Shown piece by piece: positions 33,601-36,515 of a DNA stretch of 36,515 nucleotides. Made by a program: the position numbers and the translations under genes. Origin of the DNA: an uncultured Akkermansia sp. (GTDB lineage: Bacteria > Verrucomicrobiota > Verrucomicrobiia > Verrucomicrobiales > V1-33); contig CAZYHO010000002.1 in NCBI GenBank assembly GCA_964647495.1, forward strand, positions 1 through 36,515, given 5' to 3'. A model generated the notes under the pieces. It was not told the origin of the DNA and did not search any database. It worked only from the letters and a program-made list of their open reading frames with translations. How positions within the stretch are numbered: the first letter of the stretch is position 1; the number at the start of each line of letters is the position of its first letter.

Positions 33601-35901
33601 CGCCACATGAAACATTCCGCTGAAGACGGCGTTGCCCGTGCTCGTCACCGCGAAACCATCCTGTGTTTCCGTCAGGTTCGAGGTGAGCGAATACGTCTGC
33701 GGGATTTGCGACAGCACATTGGCGCGTCGGTCGTCGATGTATGTCTTGGCCGTCCGCACGGTGGATGAGTCCACCCAGCCGCCCAGAAGCTGGTCGATGA
33801 GCGGATCGAGCCGCTGCCGCGTGAATACAGTGTCAAGCAACTCGAGCACCTTCGCGTAATACTCCCGCACAATGTCCGGATCTTCGAAGAAACGCTGCAA
33901 ACCGGCCACTCCGCCGTTCGATGTCACGTAGCTGAACAGGCTGCGCGTCACCGGATTGCCGGCGCCACCGGTGCCGTAGTTGAATGTCGTGTCCATGTCA
34001 TGCGGCACGAGCACGAAGCGCGGATCGGCCACGCCGCGATACATGGAAAAGTCATCGGTGCGCCCGCTGACGAAACCGCCCTCCATGTTTCCCATCAGGG
34101 CATCGATGGCGAAATACGCGAGCCAGTGGTCGAGGTTGAGATGGGAGGAAATGCGCTGGTAGAATTCGGCGGCCGGCGTGTTGTTGAGCGCGTCGAACAG
34201 GGCGGCCAGATCGGAGTAATCGTTCAGATCCTGATGTGTCTGCTTCAAATAAATGTCATCGTACAGATCCGGATCGGCCGAGCCCGGGTAAAGAAAATCG
34301 TTCGAGACGCTCGAGTTGCGAGGCGTGTGGTCATCGACGCGATAGAGGTTGCCGCCGCTGTCGTCGGGGAAATGCCGGTCCGCCCAGTCATCGCCGAGCG
34401 TTTCGACGCGCGCGTAGGCCCCGTGGGTGATCGCGGCGTTGAACGAGTTTCCCGGCGTGAACGGGATCGCGTAGTTCGTCCCGTTGAGCCGGACCTGCAC
34501 CGGCGCCGCTTCCTGGACGGGCACGCCGGCCAGCGCATAGGCCGCGGTGCCGAGAACCTGGCTGAACGGATACCGGCAGTTGAGCTGGAACGATCCCAGC
34601 CCTTTCCAGCGGGCGTCACGCGGGAAGCTGACGTGGTAGTTGTTGGGCGGGCCGTTGCGCGACGAATACCCCCGGTTGCGCACACCGCACTGCCAGCGCA
34701 CCTCCAGTCCGGTCCCGTCCAGCGAAATAAACGTCGCGTTCATCGTGGCCTCGGAATTCGACTGGCTCGATCGCGTCTGCAATTCTCGCAGGTACTCCAG
34801 CTCCGCTGCCGTGAGCACCAGCCGGTAAATCGGCTGCGCTCCAGGCACCCACGGCGCCGAAGCATCGTATGTGTCATCGACCTGGATCAGGGCATTGGCC
34901 GATTGCGCGAAGACAGGAGTGGTCGCGCCGGGGGCGGAGGTGCGCACGGCCGGCGGCCAGGTGGCATTTCCGCCGGCTCCCTGCGCCTCGATGAAAAACT
35001 CGATCACCGTGCGGTTCGGCTGCCCGGGAAGCGTGGCCTTCACCTCCACGCGGTCGCCGGGCGCGCCGGGCGTTCCGAACACCTCCCGCGATGTCTCCAT
35101 CATTTCCAGAGACCGGAACGACGCCTCGCCGTCGATCCGCCACCGCAGCCGCCACCGCTGCTCCGTCGAGCCGGTTCGCACGTCGTCGATCCGTGCCGTC
35201 ACCACAATGGGCCGACCGGGACGCGGTATCGCCGGCGTCGCCATCACATCGTAAATAAATGTCGTTTCCGGACCCCCGCTTGCCGTGTTCACGCCGCCGG
35301 GTGTGCCGCCCGCAACCGCGCTCGGCCGCCAGTTTCGCCCGAACGACCCGCGCAGCGTCTCGACATTCTTCTCCAGCGACGCGCCGCCGCCGTCCGCAGG
35401 ATTGTCCCAATACCAGCCCACGCGGCCGAACGCATCCACGGAGGTCCGCGCCCGCGTCGCCCAGTCCCCCTCGTCCGAGTACTCCACCTCGTCCACTGTG
35501 GCGCCAGTCGCGTCCACGAGCCGCACGGCCTCCCCGCCGTTGCTCAGCCGGCCGGTCCAGCCGCCGATCAGCGGACCAGTGTGCTCGGGATGCGCCTCGC
35601 GAAAAACCTCCGCATTCGCCGCGACCACCAGCCTCCCGTTCCCGGGAATTGCCGTGCCCTCCGGAAATCGGATGTCCACGCCCCGTGTCAACCGCCACCC
35701 GGACGCGTCCACCTCTGCAGGGCTCGGATTGTAAATCTCAAGCCACTCGCGCTCCAGCGGCTCCGGTGAACGCTCCGCATGCGCCGGATGAAACATCAGT
35801 TCGCTGATCACCGCCACGGACTCCCCCCGCAATCCGCCCGTCCAGAGCAGCATCAGCAGACAATACACACGGACCCAGGTGCGGTGACGTTGATCGAGCA
35901 T
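27661..35901 (-). CDS. giant (2,746 aa) secreted multidomain protein: LTD - CotH-like - jelly-roll - beta-helix regions - 3 x LTD
   Basis: Single uninterrupted 8,241-nt ORF with a signal-like N-terminus (VRVYCLLMLLWTGGL). LTD module at ~35460..35815 (VISELMFHP...EWLEIYNPS...GWRL). CotH-like module at ~33780..34840 (NLYRVDDH, LNLDHWLAYFAIDALMGNMEGG, DDFSMYRG...FVLVPHDMDTTFNYG). Jelly-roll/CBM-like module at ~32540..33055 (LWKYLDAGG...WYFRHRF...LRMLYDDGAAVYINGTEV...ENLIAVELHN). Two right-handed beta-helix-like stretches at ~31140..32400 and ~29730..31110. LTD modules at ~29040..29405, ~28620..29015 and ~28125..28585. The C-terminal ~150 aa carry DDDADSLPTLLEFALGLDP. Confidence 0.9.
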   Translation of the reverse strand: MLDQRHRTWVRVYCLLMLLWTGGLRGESVAVISELMFHPAHAERSPEPLEREWLEIYNPSPAEVDASGWRLTRGVDIRFPEGTAIPGNGRLVVAANAEVFREAHPEHTGPLIGGWTGRLSNGGEAVRLVDATGATVDEVEYSDEGDWATRARTSVDAFGRVGWYWDNPADGGGASLEKNVETLRGSFGRNWRPSAVAGGTPGGVNTASGGPETTFIYDVMATPAIPRPGRPIVVTARIDDVRTGSTEQRWRLRWRIDGEASFRSLEMMETSREVFGTPGAPGDRVEVKATLPGQPNRTVIEFFIEAQGAGGNATWPPAVRTSAPGATTPVFAQSANALIQVDDTYDASAPWVPGAQPIYRLVLTAAELEYLRELQTRSSQSNSEATMNATFISLDGTGLEVRWQCGVRNRGYSSRNGPPNNYHVSFPRDARWKGLGSFQLNCRYPFSQVLGTAAYALAGVPVQEAAPVQVRLNGTNYAIPFTPGNSFNAAITHGAYARVETLGDDWADRHFPDDSGGNLYRVDDHTPRNSSVSNDFLYPGSADPDLYDDIYLKQTHQDLNDYSDLAALFDALNNTPAAEFYQRISSHLNLDHWLAYFAIDALMGNMEGGFVSGRTDDFSMYRGVADPRFVLVPHDMDTTFNYGTGGAGNPVTRSLFSYVTSNGGVAGLQRFFEDPDIVREYYAKVLELLDTVFTRQRLDPLIDQLLGGWVDSSTVRTAKTYIDDRRANVLSQIPQTYSLTSNLTETQDGFAVTSTGNAVFSGMFHVARTRSILLNGRPATLSYRASGNTPAGSWRLDTASVPGFPGNGITRVTAEFFDGPDGTGALLHRAGLDVLNAAGGSMMPVSPGGVPLGSTLHVECPATYVPGVPMLVKVERRNVHGEIDRTFREETVTLTASDGLTLRAADGGPAAVTMLNGRGSLLVAVGGGAGSVRTLVEPGGTRQSPNPSAALWKYLDAGGAPSAAWRALLAFDDSAWKPEDAPGAPGQFGAGDDDERTVVANVPSTSSASDPRFTWYFRHRFQVDDVSRLSSASLRMLYDDGAAVYINGTEVARANLPQGATHMTAALGNRSGSAENSFQTFAVPVTALLAGENLIAVELHNARTSATGVSLDLGFDLELRATETVIDPGPFTLTASLGALTAVRAVASMGAPAAITEASGMLAADTTWSGVVLVTGDVTVPAGRTLTIGPGAHVLMMGTTGARDTNGAGLVVQGVLRIDGTEAEPVSVTAVSPEACWGEILLTSGGESVFTHALISRGGHSTGRGHTGRGPMLRIAGASLSMHDCVLSDGPGKAIYTQGNGSLVIRRSHLARCVTGPELGDGMALLLEDSHLTHFLPEYRESDDPDPDDPDDEDCLYIHNGSRRSVIIRGSVLARCGDDVIDALGGPLVVEDCIIRDGWDKGISLLDNDLTLTRTMIIGCDKAVASKSSTAATRTVTLSQCTIVSENHDTTRGPWGYPVDPSNPDPDTPSTGLYTQNKAGQSHAGATLAFEARDCVILAEEPVKVDAPYAAENTTITYSITRSTGQPDAAPWPGAGNLNADPLFVSAGLPAGSFRLQEGSPAIDAGDPATAPDADGSRADMGAVPFGGMPVHTPADLVWQASQSPLHVREHVLIPAGATLTVEPGVSVYFDENRRLTVLGTIRVLGTPDARVTFSHVPGAVASGDADPVTPGIQTGAPKWGGLRIVDSLAHENIVSHATFINAQGTSPDGPENHGSLGIIRSWALCEHLTFAGTRLRMIYGRNCKLTVRHCVFPDVFPPGFGASAYGLEDASQRMKVEFPASDPEVLDNADFFDGFPVGGWWRVYDNDFFGSHGGDDVLDAGSGRWGRTFVLDCRYNRFHGPAGAAHIKVGGDAYIASNRFEGATKDSWATHSGHAGAIAAGAQSADTTLMVARNVFTRVDHAVDLKGGAAAIVEHNTAAALNADYHFLTGPPRPFNQAINTSLVSLFVPEEKPAAVPGFGAYVGFNLVSGAPRLFSGADEDATGRGAITSQIEIHRNLLDRVGEHVIGPSHTGGIIDTRLGINAAGDPGFVDEAAGDFRLQAGSAARGTAPGGIDYGATAPEWAYVTGGPPALTPQSSAAFVIGGPGLVAYQWSLDDGPWSAPVAIGAGGGFPRGAPTIRQSTLVLDALEGGPHTLRVLGLDFAGNWQPGEMAATWSWTVDPALRLVLISEIVADAGGAPDWIELHNAGAADVDLGGWSLGELPGQADFIFAPGTILGAGAYLWLDGSVTGIASDKDGDALYLCEGVIERDSVVFGAQPAGFSLARLGHDRGWGLALPTPGAANQPARLGSPSAVRISEWMAAPGVRFTDDWVELHNPGVLPAALDGLVLTDNRPGRPRAHVIAPLSFIAPGGHAVYRGGGGDSEAADRLPFGLNAMEDRLSLLGADGRVIDEHVFYGQTTGFSQSADETGRPVFNELPTRGFAMAGADPVYVNALAILRGLRLTELMYNARDGNDYDWLELHNAGTAPLDLTGLRFVEGIDFTFPPLLLAPRETVVVVANAGAFRSRYGDGPRVAGVYDGRLDNGGETLALRLAPPFDANVLRFRYEDDWFPETDGAGHALQLAALNTPAGRYAMPSSWIASAAVDGTPGIGSELEVTTYPAWKAFHGVADDHGDDDADSLPTLLEFALGLDPRSGDGLHGAASLPAGALQSDGRFALTFRLPVNEDAAQAHGRPGVRYEVEAGNDLRGWTAIAVKTPAAPWTGSAEVIPGPVDEGYQQVSVIDTAGPPAQPQSHVRLRVTWEP

Positions 35902-36081
35902 GGGGGATGCCTCGCGGCAACAGACCGCCCGTACGCCACGAGTCCGTCATTCTACCGCCCCGACCCACCCCCAGTCAAACCGTCGCCTGCCCCCTCCTCC
36001 GCGAGCCCCAAGACAGCATCACGAGGAATCTCACCGCGGAGCGCACGCCGAAATCGCGGCACACAGAATTCATCACCCGCC

Positions 36082-36217
36082 CGCGCCCGGGTTTCCGCAT
36101 AGGGCGACAGACGAATTGCGGGGCCGACGAATTACGCGGCCTTGGCCCGCAAAGCGACAGTCAAACTATGCGCGCGGCCCCCCGCATTCCGGGCGCAATC
36201 GCTGAGCCTCGCGGTGG
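36082..36217 (+). repeat. ~135-bp dispersed/direct repeat, copy 1
   Basis: CGCGCCCGGGTTTCCGCATAGGGCGACAGACGAATTGCGGGGCCGACGAATTACGCGGCCTTGGCCCGCA... aligns by eye at roughly 80 percent identity with 36381..36515. It contains the tandem 16-mers GACGAATTGCGGGGCC (36110..36125) and GACGAATTACGCGGCC (36126..36141). Confidence 0.8.
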
Positions 36218-36380
36218 CAGACCGGCCGATAGCGGCGGGCCACGAGGTGGCATCAAGGCCGTTCGAGGATTTCACCGCAACGCGCATGGCGAGATCGCGG
36301 CGGTGCAGCGATTCCACCCATTGGGCGGAGGTTGGCGACGGCGTCCACCAGGCGCGCCTTACGAATTCGGTCGCTCCCGT

Positions 36381-36515
36381 CGCGCCCGGGTTTCCGCATA
36401 GAGCGACAGACGAATTGTGGTGCGGACGAATTGCGGGGCCTTGGCCCGCAGAGGGGCAGCCGAACTATACGGGCGGGCACGCGTTTTCCGGGCGCAATTG
36501 GTGGGCGTGGCGGCG
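36381..36515 (+). repeat. ~135-bp dispersed/direct repeat, copy 2 (runs into window edge)
   Basis: Same element 299 nt downstream of copy 1. Tandem 16-mers GACGAATTGTGGTGCG (36409..36424) and GACGAATTGCGGGGCC (36425..36440). Confidence 0.8.

Noticed and set aside
28219-35769. Several long plus-strand ORFs (28219..29670, 29671..30738, 30934..32805, 32845..33768, 34000..35769) opposite the giant gene
   Set aside because: All are Arg/Gly/Pro/Ala-rich shadow ORFs. The minus-strand frame is continuous for 8.2 kb and full of recognisable domain motifs.
35907-36480. ORFs 35907..36401 (+) and 36253..36480 (-) in the terminal repeat region
   Set aside because: Arg/Pro-rich with no motifs, and they run across copies of a non-coding-looking direct repeat. 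I treated them as spurious, although the region is cut by the window edge.
18613-36515. Possibility that any of the repeat loci is a CRISPR array
   Set aside because: The units are 7, 9 or 16 nt with no unique spacers, and the 135-bp repeats have a 299-nt period. Nothing shows the 28-37-nt repeat and 30-40-nt spacer organisation, and no cas genes are present.

Overview
Visibly GC-rich bacterial window. From gene content (PEP-CTERM sorting signal, LTD/CotH giant exoprotein, kinase-linked ECF sigma) I guess a Verrucomicrobiota/PVC-type genome; this is inference only. Positions 500-16339 hold a plus-strand str-S10-spc ribosomal supercluster: rpsL-rpsG-fusA-rpsJ-rplC-rplD-rplW-rplB-rpsS-[inserted exported coiled-coil ORF]-rplV-rpsC-rplP-rpmC-rpsQ-rplN-rplX-rplE-rpsH-rplF-rplR-rpsE-rplO-secY-map. 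The cluster lacks tuf, rpsN, rpmD and everything that normally follows map. Downstream come pgsA, minus-strand mqo and pyk, and an ECF-type sigma factor convergent with a membrane Ser/Thr kinase that sits just downstream of msrB. These are followed by adk-fmt, a single-HKD PLD-family protein, a PEP-CTERM LamG protein, and a 2,746-aa secreted LTD-CotH-beta-helix-LTDx3 protein. I saw no rRNA, tRNA, CRISPR array, transposase or integrase. The most unusual non-genic signal is a set of short tandem-repeat families (7-mer and 9-mer units, some with phased GATC or G-tracts) found only in intergenic spacers, with the same motifs recurring at distant loci. There is also a diverged ~135-bp direct repeat with internal 16-bp subrepeats upstream of the giant gene. 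The many long antisense or out-of-frame ORFs in the track are GC-driven artefacts. All homology statements are my own reading of the translated sequences; no searches were run.
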